From assembly GCA_049509675.1 (NCBI GenBank), contig JBEKZQ010000667.1, forward strand, positions 1-47,451: 47,451 nucleotides of DNA. Reading direction: 5' to 3'. The stretch's first letter is position 1; every line of letters begins with the position of its first letter. The DNA comes from Thermoguttaceae bacterium. Its GTDB lineage: Bacteria; Planctomycetota; Planctomycetia; Pirellulales; Thermoguttaceae. Both the position numbers and the translations under genes were made by a program. Shown here one piece after another: positions 11,320-19,096 of the stretch. The notes under the pieces were generated by a model. The model saw only the letters and a program-made list of their open reading frames with translations. It did no database searches and was not told the origin of the DNA.

Positions 11320-12851
11320 CCACCGCCGAACGAGAAATCCGCATCATCCGCAAACCGGCCGAACTCCGCGCCGCCAAGGGCGACGACGGGGGCGACGTTT
11401 TTTCGGGCTACGTCTTCGAGTGGGACGCCCGCAGCGACGACCTGGGCGGCTTCGTCGAAACCATCAAGCGCGGGGCGGCCGCCAAGTGGCTGGCCAAACC
11501 GACGCGGAACCTCTTTGCCATCCTCGACCACAGCAAGGAGGTCCGCAATGTGCTGGGCGACATGGAGACCGGCACGCTGAAGCTCTTTGAGGACGATCGC
11601 GGGCTGGGTTTTGTGATCCACGCCGGCCCGACGACGGCCGCCAAGGATGCCGCGGTGGTCGTGGGCCGCAACCGCGTGGGCATGAGCTTCGCCTTCATCT
11701 GCGGCCGGCAGGACTGGACCACGCTGCCCGACGGCTCCCGCCTGCGGACCATCAGCGAATTCAAGGACCTGGACGACATCTCGATTGTCGTCGATGCCGC
11801 GTACAAGTCCTCCGACGTGACCGTGGCCAAGCGCTCGCTGGAGGAGGCGCTCGCCATCGAGAAGCGGACCGCCGCCGAAGCGGCGACCCAAAAAGTGGAA
11901 ACAGAAAAACGCGCGGCTGCCGACGCGGCCGCCCAAACCAAGAAGCAGAGGGAGATCGAAGACATGGAGAAGCGACCGAGCGTGGATTACCTGAAGCGGC
12001 AATTGGACCTGGCGGATCTGGAGGCCCGCTGCTATGGCAATTACCCCGAGCGCCGCGACGAAGAGCAGCCCAAGCACGGGCCGGACGCCGCCGAGGCCCA
12101 CCGGGCCACGCGGGAGACGCTCCGCGCCAAGGAGAATTCTGGCCTGCCCTCGCGGGCCCTGGAACTGAAGGCGGCCGCCGCGCACCAAAAAGCGGCCGAG
12201 TCGGCCAAGACCGAGGGCAAGACGGCCGCCGCCGATTTCCACACCAAGGCCGCCGCCATGCACGACGCGGCCGCCAGCGACCAGTACGCCGCCAATTTTT
12301 CCGATGCCATGCAGATGCGGGGCCGGGGACTGTCCCAACTTTCGTTCGACGAAAGTGGGACTGTCCCCTTCGGCCTCGAAACTCGAACCAACCAAGGAGA
12401 TGCGATGTCGTTGACCGAACAGATTGAAGCCCGTTTCAACCCCAACCATGACGACAAGGGCCGTTTCGACTCGGCCGAGGGCGCGAGCAAGGCCGCCGAG
12501 AAGGCCACGAAATCGGCCGAGAAGGCCAGCAAGCACGCCGCCGGATCCAAAAGCGCCTCGGCGCACGACCGGGCCGCCGACGCCCACGAGGCGGCGCACG
12601 ACGCGCACAAGGTGGCCGAGGCGCACCACAAGGCCCTGGCCGCCTACCACAAGGGCGCAGGACACGCCGACAAGGCCAAGGAGCACCTGGCCGCCGCCAA
12701 GATGCACGCCGCCAAGGCCGAGGCCCACCAGGCGGCCGAGGAAGGCCGCGCCTTCCCCAGGAACCCCTACGTCGAGCAGGCCGAATACGCCGACCCGGCC
12801 GGCGCCGGCACGGGCACGGCCGCGGCCGGCGAAGCCGCCGCCACGGCCTGA
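11316..12851 (+). CDS. Prohead protease, HK97 family (S78/U35), with a coiled-coil, His/Ala/Lys-rich scaffold-like C-terminal half
   Basis: N-terminal domain AILDHS...GMSFAF (His and Ser of HK97-type proteases). C-terminal half is helical and low-complexity. Position is right for a protease-scaffold gene. Confidence 0.85.
   Translation: MTTAEREIRIIRKPAELRAAKGDDGGDVFSGYVFEWDARSDDLGGFVETIKRGAAAKWLAKPTRNLFAILDHSKEVRNVLGDMETGTLKLFEDDRGLGFVIHAGPTTAAKDAAVVVGRNRVGMSFAFICGRQDWTTLPDGSRLRTISEFKDLDDISIVVDAAYKSSDVTVAKRSLEEALAIEKRTAAEAATQKVETEKRAAADAAAQTKKQREIEDMEKRPSVDYLKRQLDLADLEARCYGNYPERRDEEQPKHGPDAAEAHRATRETLRAKENSGLPSRALELKAAAAHQKAAESAKTEGKTAAADFHTKAAAMHDAAASDQYAANFSDAMQMRGRGLSQLSFDESGTVPFGLETRTNQGDAMSLTEQIEARFNPNHDDKGRFDSAEGASKAAEKATKSAEKASKHAAGSKSASAHDRAADAHEAAHDAHKVAEAHHKALAAYHKGAGHADKAKEHLAAAKMHAAKAEAHQAAEEGRAFPRNPYVEQAEYADPAGAGTGTAAAGEAAATA
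12325..12368. repeat. 44-bp palindromic element (variant A), in frame inside the protease gene
   Basis: ggggactgtcccaactttcgttcgacgaaagtgggactgtcccc, translated GLSQLSFDESGTVP. Related copies at 34407-34450 and 43857-43900. Confidence 0.9.
12405..12851 (+). CDS. Candidate nested in-frame scaffold protein (lambda C/Nu3-like arrangement)
   Basis: Internal ATG at 12405 preceded by AAGGAG (12394-12399), just after the palindromic element. Product MSLTEQIEARFNPNHDDKGRF... is helical and His/Ala/Lys-rich. Confidence 0.4.
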   Translation: MSLTEQIEARFNPNHDDKGRFDSAEGASKAAEKATKSAEKASKHAAGSKSASAHDRAADAHEAAHDAHKVAEAHHKALAAYHKGAGHADKAKEHLAAAKMHAAKAEAHQAAEEGRAFPRNPYVEQAEYADPAGAGTGTAAAGEAAATA

Positions 12852-12861
12852 AGGCCGTGGG

Positions 12862-13047
12862 GCCGCGTAGCGGCCATTGACGGTAGCCGTGGGTTTCAAC
12901 CCACGGTCCAAAAACCGGCCGATTTGTTCCGTCGCGCAGCGACGGCTGAATGACCGACGCCACCCCCGCGCCGAAACGGCGTCGCGCAGCGACGCCTGAT
13001 CCGTGGGTTGAAACCCACGGCTACCATCGGGCCATCGCTACGCGATT
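12862..13047. repeat. Composite REP/MITE-like element (inverted unit A' - small hairpins - unit A)
   Basis: 12862-12906 is the inverted variant of 13001-13047. Internal hairpins ccgtcgcgcagcgacgg and ggcgtcgcgcagcgacgcc. Same architecture at 41273-41462 and 42805-43022. Confidence 0.85.
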
Positions 13048-13091
13048 AACCCCCGCTGAAAACTGAAAACTGAAAACTGAAAACTACTCCG

Positions 13092-14069
13092 ATGTCCGAA
13101 CTTAACGTCCCCGGCCGCGTCCTGGTGCCTCGAAACCCCTTCCCCCACAACACCTACTGGCTCAACGCCGGCATCGTCGAGGCCTGGCAGAAAACCTGGT
13201 GCTTCGCCCGTGTGGGACGCGGCAACTGCATGATCTTCCGCCTGGAAATGGACGCCGCCGGCCAGGTGCACTCGCCCCATCCGCTCTTCGGCCTGTCCGA
13301 TCCGCATCTGAAGGCCGAGGACCCGCGGGCCATTTACGACCCGCTCCGCGATCGGATCGTGCTCTACTACGCCGGCATTCTGGGGCCGGGCCACTGCGCC
13401 ATCTTCCGCGCGGAGATCGACCAGGCCGGCAAAGTGCATGGCCGCGAGCAGCTTCGCTACCTGGACGACGGCCAGGGCGTCCGCGTCGTGCAGCGGGCCT
13501 TCGCCGTCGACGAGCAGAAGAACTGGGCCCCGTTCATCGCCGACGGCCGGGAACTTTGCATCTACCACCATGCGCCCTGGACCATTTTGGAGCGGACGTC
13601 CGAAGGCATGCGCCTGGCGCACAAAGGCCCTTCAATCTCCTGGGATTATGGCGAGATCCGCGGGGGCGCGCCGCCGGTGAAAGTTGGGGACGTCTTTTAT
13701 TCCATTTTTCATTCCGCCCGCTTCGACCGGGATCCCGACACCGGGAAAGAATCGAAGGTCTATTACGCCGGCTGCCTGGCCTTCACCGACGACTTTGGAT
13801 TGGCGGCGATCACCCCCGAGCCGATTTTGGCCGGCAACGTGGCCGAGGGCAACTGGCCCTGGACGGCCCCCGGCATCGGCGTGGCCGTCTCCGCCTGTTT
13901 CCCTTGTGGGGCGATCGTGCGGGGTGAGAATCTCTTGGTGAGCTATGGGTGGCTCGATCAGGAAGTCCGCCTGGCGGAGATCCCGATCGCCGAGCTGCGC
14001 GAGCGGATGGTTGAACCGGAGCCCGTGGCCCTGGGAGCGCGGAGGAGAATCGTAAAGCATGATGCGTGA
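13092..14069 (+). CDS. Beta-propeller glycosidase/glycoside-phosphorylase-like protein (GH130/DUF377-like, tentative)
   Basis: Motifs AEDPRAIYDP, EQKNWAPF, YGEIRGGAPPVKVGDVFYSIFHS, YYAGCLAFT, ENLLVSYGWLDQEVRLAEIPIAEL resemble the blade pattern of GH130/GH43-type propellers. By-eye call only. Confidence 0.45.
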   Translation: MSELNVPGRVLVPRNPFPHNTYWLNAGIVEAWQKTWCFARVGRGNCMIFRLEMDAAGQVHSPHPLFGLSDPHLKAEDPRAIYDPLRDRIVLYYAGILGPGHCAIFRAEIDQAGKVHGREQLRYLDDGQGVRVVQRAFAVDEQKNWAPFIADGRELCIYHHAPWTILERTSEGMRLAHKGPSISWDYGEIRGGAPPVKVGDVFYSIFHSARFDRDPDTGKESKVYYAGCLAFTDDFGLAAITPEPILAGNVAEGNWPWTAPGIGVAVSACFPCGAIVRGENLLVSYGWLDQEVRLAEIPIAELRERMVEPEPVALGARRRIVKHDA

Positions 14070-14115
14070 AGCGTGGAGCGTTTTTCGCCCTACGCCCCAC
14101 GGCCCACGCCCCACG
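14064..14115. repeat. Inverted tandem-repeat hairpin, GTGGGGC/GCCCCAC family
   Basis: Left arm gcgtgaagcgtggagcg. Right arm cgccctacgccccacggcccacgccccacg. Confidence 0.85.
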
Positions 14116-14129
14116 TTTTGGAGATCCCT

Positions 14130-14783
14130 ATGAAATACCTTGAAGAGTTCGATGCGGCTGAATGCGGCGGACATGCCCGCCGTTACGCCGTATCGCTGGA
14201 ATGGATCGAGCCGCTGCTTTTGCCCGGGGCCGTAATCTACCAGACCGGCCGCGGCTTCTGCCCCTTCGACCTGGCCGCCCGGCGACTCTTTCCCATCGAC
14301 CTGCGCAGCACGGGCCAAAGCGACCTGCGTTATCCGCTGCCCCTGGCCGCAGAAATTGCCGACGGCATCTTCTGCATGGAGACCATCGAGCACATCGACG
14401 ACCCGGCCGACTGCGACGGCGAAATGTTCCACGACGCCGGGATCCATAACCTGCTCAGCGAATGCCACCGCATTTTGAAGCCGGGCGGATGGCTCTTCCT
14501 TACCACGCCCAACGCCAATCAGTACGGCTGCGCCTGGCGTCTGGTAAAGGGCGACTCGCCCCGCTGGTGCAACGGCCACATCCGCGAACTCGGCTATTGG
14601 GAACTGTTGCATTTCGTTCGTCGCGCCGGCTTCGGCGTCGAGCGGATCGAAACCCGGGACGTGTGGGAGGACCTCCCATGTCCGACGGAACTCCGGCAGG
14701 CGATGGACCGCCTGGCGCCCGGCGTGCCCCGCGGCCATTGCGTTTTTATGTTGGCGCGAAAGCGGACGTCTCCTAATCCCTAA
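14130..14783 (+). CDS. Class I SAM-dependent methyltransferase
   Basis: ATG at 14130 after the hairpin. CHRILKPGGWLFLTTPN and upstream IFCMETIEHIDD are typical Methyltransf_11/23 motifs. Confidence 0.65.
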   Translation: MKYLEEFDAAECGGHARRYAVSLEWIEPLLLPGAVIYQTGRGFCPFDLAARRLFPIDLRSTGQSDLRYPLPLAAEIADGIFCMETIEHIDDPADCDGEMFHDAGIHNLLSECHRILKPGGWLFLTTPNANQYGCAWRLVKGDSPRWCNGHIRELGYWELLHFVRRAGFGVERIETRDVWEDLPCPTELRQAMDRLAPGVPRGHCVFMLARKRTSPNP

Positions 14784-14813
14784 TTTCCAATCCCTAATCC
14801 CTTCCTTTTTTCC

Positions 14814-15671
14814 ATGCCCGACTATCGACCAAGATCCGACAAGGCCGAATGGCACCTGACCCACCGCTGCGACCTGGCCTGCCCGAACTGCAATCGCGCC
14901 TGCTTCCTGCCGCCGCAAACGCCGGATATGAGCGTGGACGACGGGCGGGAATTCTGCCGGCAGGCGGCGGACCTCGACTACCGCCCCCGCATCATGCTGA
15001 TCGGCGGCGAGCCCACCTTGCACCCGGACTTTCTTGAGTTCGTGAAGCTGGCCTCGGCCTTCGCCGGCTCGGACCGCGTCGAAATCTGGTCCAACGGCTT
15101 TTCAGCGCAAGCGAAGGAGCTGCTCGCGCTGGTCCAGGACCATGGCCTGGCCATCGTCCAGTGGGGCACCGTCAAGCGTGGCAACGCCAGCCATCCGGTC
15201 CGGGACATCTTTATTGCCCCGGCCGACTTCGGCGAGACCCGCGAGCCGTGCGGCACGCATGCCTGCTTCGCCGATCCGGACTGCGGCATCAGCGTGGACT
15301 CGGGCGGCTATACCGTCTGCTGCATGGGCGGGGCGATCGACGGCATTCTGGGCCTTTCCGTGCGGACCCGGCGGCTGGCGGACCTCTGGGACCCGGAGTT
15401 CGCCGCGCGGCAGACCCGGGCGCTGTGCGACCATTGCGGCCAGCACCTGGGCATCCCGCCGCAAAAGCGCGCCGCCTGCCAGCGGATCCACGGCACGCTC
15501 ATGTCGCCCGCGTGGGCGCGTGAGAGCAGGAGGGCAATTGAGCAGGAAAGCAAAAGAACAGGAGAACAGGAGAACAGGAGAAACGCCGATCTTCCCCCAA
15601 AGCCGTGCTTCGCCTGCTCACCTGATCCCTTGCTCACCTGTTCCAGCATGGAGGCCCTGCCTCCATGCTGA
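14814..15671 (+). CDS. Radical SAM enzyme with a Cys-rich (SPASM/twitch-like) C-terminal region
   Basis: CX3CX2C in HRCDLACPNCNRAC, GGEPTLHPDF, then CGTHACFADPDCGISVDSGGYTVCCMGG...CDHCG. The last ~45 codons run through a CAGGAGA-family hairpin (15520-15645). Confidence 0.8.
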   Translation: MPDYRPRSDKAEWHLTHRCDLACPNCNRACFLPPQTPDMSVDDGREFCRQAADLDYRPRIMLIGGEPTLHPDFLEFVKLASAFAGSDRVEIWSNGFSAQAKELLALVQDHGLAIVQWGTVKRGNASHPVRDIFIAPADFGETREPCGTHACFADPDCGISVDSGGYTVCCMGGAIDGILGLSVRTRRLADLWDPEFAARQTRALCDHCGQHLGIPPQKRAACQRIHGTLMSPAWARESRRAIEQESKRTGEQENRRNADLPPKPCFACSPDPLLTCSSMEALPPC

Positions 15672-15877
15672 CGCCCCGCCAAGCCGCCGTATTTGACTGT
15701 TTGCAGGCCCTGGCCGCCGACCTGGGCTATCCGCCCACCTCGCGCGAGATCGCCGCCAGGGCGAAGCTGAGCGACACCAGGGCGCGGCAGCACCTGGCCG
15801 CCCTGGAGGCCCGCGGGGCCATCCAGCGCGACCCGGGCACGGCGCGAGGGATCAGGATCGTGGGGCGGGGAGCGTGA
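15665..15877 (+). CDS. LexA N-terminal DNA-binding domain only (no S24 peptidase/dimerisation domain)
   Basis: MLTPRQAAVFDCL...GYPPTSREIA...HLAALEARGAIQRDPGTARGIRIV parallels E. coli LexA residues 1-70. Start overlaps the radical SAM stop (ATGCTGA). Confidence 0.8.
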   Translation: MLTPRQAAVFDCLQALAADLGYPPTSREIAARAKLSDTRARQHLAALEARGAIQRDPGTARGIRIVGRGA

Positions 15878-15933
15878 AGCGGGGAGCGTGGGGCGGGGGC
15901 GACAGTCCGGAGACGAGAGCCCAGAGCCGACAG

Positions 15934-16020
15934 CCCCATAGGGGCAAAACTCGATAGCCCAGGGCGCCGCCCTGGGTAAGGTGACCCGACGTGGGCGCAA
16001 GCCCCATAGGGGCGCGACAA
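15934..16020 (+). ncRNA. Conserved three-hairpin leader element, copy 2 (upstream of the DNA methyltransferase gene)
   Basis: ccccatagggg / ctcgatagcccagggcgccgccctggg / gccccataggggcgcgacaa. Paralogue of 11216-11300. Confidence 0.4.
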
Positions 16021-16048
16021 GGAACCACGAATCACACGGATAACACGA

Positions 16049-16912
16049 ATGAAAGCTGACTGGCAATACCGCGGCATCCGGCTCTACCGGGGCGATTGTT
16101 TGGAGATTCTACCGCGGCTGCGGGCTGCCAGCGTGGACATGATCTTCACGGACCCGCCCTATGGGCACAAGAACAATGACGATGATCTGATCGCCAGGCG
16201 GGAACTTGCGCTTGGCGGCAAGCGATACCATTGTCAGAACCCCGCCAGGCCGATCCTGAACGACGGCCCCGAGGCGAATGATTTGTTCCACGCGAGTTTG
16301 CCGGAATGGGCACGCCTTTTGCGCTGCTGCTGCTGCTGCTGCTGCTGCGGCGGCGGTCCTGATCCGCAATTCGCGCGCTGGTCGTTGTGGATGGACGAAG
16401 TCCTGCGTTTCAAGCAAATGGTGGTCTGGGACAAGGGACCGATGGGCATGGGCTGGCACTACCGGCGTAGTTACGAGACGGTGCTCGTCGCGCAGAAGGG
16501 CAAGGGAAAGACCGCCTGGTTCGACACCACGCGGCGGATCGAAAACATCATCCGCCCGGCATCCGGCATCCGCAAGATCATTCCCTCGGCGGCCGATCAT
16601 CCTACACCGAAGCCGGTCTCGCTCGCCTCCCATTTCATCCGCCTGCACACTTGCCCGGGTCAGGCAGTGCTGGATCCGTTCATGGGCTCCGGCTCAACCG
16701 CCATCGCCTGCATCCGCGAAAAGCGGCGGTTCATCGGCATCGAGCTCGACAAAAAATACTTCGCCGCGGCGGTGGAGCGGATCGAAGCCGAACTGGGCGC
16801 GAAGCGGATCCGCCGGGCCGTTGCGCGCATCGCCCCACGCCCCACGCCCCTCGCCCCACGCTCGAAACGTCGCCAATTGGCGACGACCGGCCGGGAATTT
16901 CGGGCGAAATAA
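16049..16912 (+). CDS. DNA methyltransferase, N6-adenine/N4-cytosine beta class (DPPY)
   Basis: Motif IV MIFTDPPYG precedes motif I VLDPFMGSGSTAIAC. Contains an in-frame Cys8 tract. Confidence 0.85.
   Translation: MKADWQYRGIRLYRGDCLEILPRLRAASVDMIFTDPPYGHKNNDDDLIARRELALGGKRYHCQNPARPILNDGPEANDLFHASLPEWARLLRCCCCCCCCGGGPDPQFARWSLWMDEVLRFKQMVVWDKGPMGMGWHYRRSYETVLVAQKGKGKTAWFDTTRRIENIIRPASGIRKIIPSAADHPTPKPVSLASHFIRLHTCPGQAVLDPFMGSGSTAIACIREKRRFIGIELDKKYFAAAVERIEAELGAKRIRRAVARIAPRPTPLAPRSKRRQLATTGREFRAK
16325..16348 (+). repeat. (TGC)8 trinucleotide microsatellite encoding Cys8, followed by GGC GGC GGT
   Basis: cgc tgc x8 ggc ggc ggt, in the methyltransferase frame (LLRCCCCCCCCGGG). Confidence 0.95.
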
Positions 16913-16997
16913 TCGTGCGGCGTGAAGCGTGCGGCGTGGACCGATCGCCCCACGGTTCCCGCCCCACGCCCCACGGTTCCCGCCCCACGTCCCACGG
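16838..16997. repeat. Cluster of GTGGGGC/GCCCCAC-family arrays plus the hairpin cgtcgccaattggcgacg
   Basis: C-arm 16838-16868, G-arm 16915-16940, C-arm 16944-16997. Confidence 0.85.
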
Positions 16998-17292
16998 TTT
17001 TCCCCCGCCCCCCAATGGCCCCCCTGCGCAAAAACGCAGCCCCCCGCCGCGCGCAGCCGTCGAAACCGCGCCGTATGATTGCGATAGCCAAGGATACGAA
17101 AAGGCCCTCTCAGGCCGGCGTCGGCCGAGCCGCCCCAAGTGGCGGCGACCTGAGCGGGTGACAGTGGCAACGCCGTCCGCCAAGCCGGGCGCGCCCATTA
17201 GGCAAGATCCTTCCCATGAATTTTGCCGGGTGGTGCGTGCGCGGCCCTTCCGTTGCGCGGCCCAAAACCCGGCGGCAACGGAGCATGAAACG

Positions 17293-18672
17293 ATGGCAGC
17301 CGCAGTCAAGGAACTTCTGGAAAAGCGGGCGCAACTGGTCAGCAATGCCCGCGAGATTCTCGATCGCAATCGCGAGGGCGGCAAACTGTCCGCCGACGAC
17401 CAGGCGCACTACGACCGCATCTTCGCCGAGGTGAACAGCCTCAGCGGCGAGGTCGAGCAGCGCAGTCAGTTCGCCAGCCGGCAGGCGCAGTTGGACGCCG
17501 CCGCGGGCTGGGAGAAGCAGGCCGACAAGCGCGACCTCGACCCCAACCCCGAGACGCCCGAGCAGCGCGCCGCGGCCGAGCGGGCCGGCCTCAAGCTGGC
17601 CGCCAAGACCGACTTCTACGGCATGCTGGAGAAGCGCGCCAAGAGCCTGGCCATCCGCCACGCCTTCGAAAACTACCTCAAGCGGAAGGCGACCGAGGAC
17701 CACTACCGGGCGCAACTGCACGAGCACCTGCCGGTGGAATACCGCGATTTGCTGGCCGGCACGGCCGGCAGCGGCGCGGACCTGATCCCGCCGGTGGAGT
17801 TCATCGACCAGATCCTGATACCCCGCGATCGCCAGGTGCTGATCCGCAAGAAGGCCACGGTCCGCCGGCTCTTGAAATCGACCGACGGCTATCAGCCGAC
17901 CATCGAGACCAACCCGGACGACGCCGACTGGACCACCGAAATCCAGCCCGTCAACCCGGACAACACGGGCGCCAACGCGGCCGGCGGCATGACCACCGGC
18001 AAGCGCGAGCTCAAGCCCAACGTGCTGACCAAGCTGGTCAAGGTCTCCATCAAGGAACTGATGGTCCTGCCGCAGGTCAGCGAACTGATCGCCGATCGTC
18101 TCGGCTACAAGTTCGGCGTCAGCGAGGAAAAGGCTTTCATGGTCGGCACCGGCAACGGCCAGCCCCTGGGCGTCTTCACCCTGGGCACGACCTCGGGCAT
18201 CAAGAGCAGCTCCGACGTGCAGACCTACAACGCGGCCACGGCGCCCACCATGGACGGCCTGATCGCCGCCAAGTACACCCTGCCGCCGCCCTACTGGGCC
18301 AATGCGGAATGGATGTTCCACCCGGTGTTCATCAGCCTGATCGCGCAGATCAAGTCGCTGATCAACACGTTCATCTGGCAGCCCTCCACCCAGGCCGGGC
18401 AGCCGGACATGCTGCTGGGCTTCCCGGTCCGCACCGACGTGTGGGCGCCCTCGACCGTCGCCGCCAATGCCTACGCCGGCATCCTCGGCGACTTCAGCTA
18501 CTACCACATCGCCGACCTGGTCGAGCCGTTCAGCGTGCAGCGCCTCAACGAGCTCTACGCCGGCACCAACGAAGTCGGCTTCCTCGGTCGCGAGTACTGC
18601 GACGGCATGCCCGTGATGTCGGAGGCCTTCGTCCGCGTGCAACTCGGCGCGTCGGGGGCGGCGGGAAGCTAG
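17293..18672 (+). CDS. Major capsid protein, HK97 family, with an N-terminal coiled-coil delta-like region
   Basis: ATG at 17293 (MAAAVKELLEKRAQLVSNAREIL...). 459 aa. Sequence upstream within ORF 16651-18672 is translated repeat arrays. Confidence 0.85.
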   Translation: MAAAVKELLEKRAQLVSNAREILDRNREGGKLSADDQAHYDRIFAEVNSLSGEVEQRSQFASRQAQLDAAAGWEKQADKRDLDPNPETPEQRAAAERAGLKLAAKTDFYGMLEKRAKSLAIRHAFENYLKRKATEDHYRAQLHEHLPVEYRDLLAGTAGSGADLIPPVEFIDQILIPRDRQVLIRKKATVRRLLKSTDGYQPTIETNPDDADWTTEIQPVNPDNTGANAAGGMTTGKRELKPNVLTKLVKVSIKELMVLPQVSELIADRLGYKFGVSEEKAFMVGTGNGQPLGVFTLGTTSGIKSSSDVQTYNAATAPTMDGLIAAKYTLPPPYWANAEWMFHPVFISLIAQIKSLINTFIWQPSTQAGQPDMLLGFPVRTDVWAPSTVAANAYAGILGDFSYYHIADLVEPFSVQRLNELYAGTNEVGFLGREYCDGMPVMSEAFVRVQLGASGAAGS

Positions 18673-18682
18673 CGAAAAAAAA

Positions 18683-18768
18683 GGGATTAGGGATTAGCGA
18701 TTAGGGATTAGAGCCGCAGCGCGGCCGCGATTCCTTCTCCTAATCCCTAATCCCCACTCTCTAATCCC
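18683..18768. terminator. Inverted tandem-repeat hairpin, GGGATTA/TAATCCC family, directly after the capsid gene (possible attenuator/terminator; no U-tract)
   Basis: Left arm gggattagggattagcgattagggattag (18683-18711). Right arm ctcctaatccctaatccccactctctaatccc (18737-18768). Confidence 0.5.
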
Positions 18769-18784
18769 TGTCCGCGAGGAGCCC

Positions 18785-19096
18785 ATGCTCGTCCGCGTCC
18801 GTTTGCTCATGTCCTGCCTGGCCGGTCCCGACGGCATCAAGTTCCGCGGCCATGAAGTGGCCGTCTCCCCCGAGCAGGCCCTATTGCTCGTCGCCAGCCG
18901 GCAATGGGAATACGTCCTCCCGCCGCAAGCGGCGGAGCCCAGAGACGAGAGTCAAGAGTCCAGAGCCGAGAATGCCACCGCTGGCTTGCCCAGCAGTGTT
19001 CCAAATGCCCCGCGTCCCCGGCGTGAATTCCGCGGCCGCCCGCTGAACACTGAAAACCGAAAACCGGCGGCCGCCGCGGCCGCAATTGAAAAATGA
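18785..19096 (+). CDS. Hypothetical protein; the C-terminal half is translated repeat elements
   Basis: N-terminal ~50 aa look protein-like. The rest includes the gccaccgctggcttgcccagcagtg hairpin (ATAGLPSS) and a CTGAAAA fragment. Confidence 0.35.
   Translation: MLVRVRLLMSCLAGPDGIKFRGHEVAVSPEQALLLVASRQWEYVLPPQAAEPRDESQESRAENATAGLPSSVPNAPRPRREFRGRPLNTENRKPAAAAAAIEK

Noticed and set aside
16323-16357. Phase-variable on/off switch via the microsatellite in the methyltransferase
   Set aside because: The repeat unit is 3 nt, so slippage preserves the reading frame. It cannot act as a classical frameshift contingency switch, and is kept only as an in-frame length polymorphism candidate.
16651-17292. 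N-terminal 214-codon extension of the capsid ORF
   Set aside because: The extension is a translation of GTGGGGC-family arrays and other non-coding sequence. The HK97-like coiled-coil N-terminus starts at the ATG at 17293.
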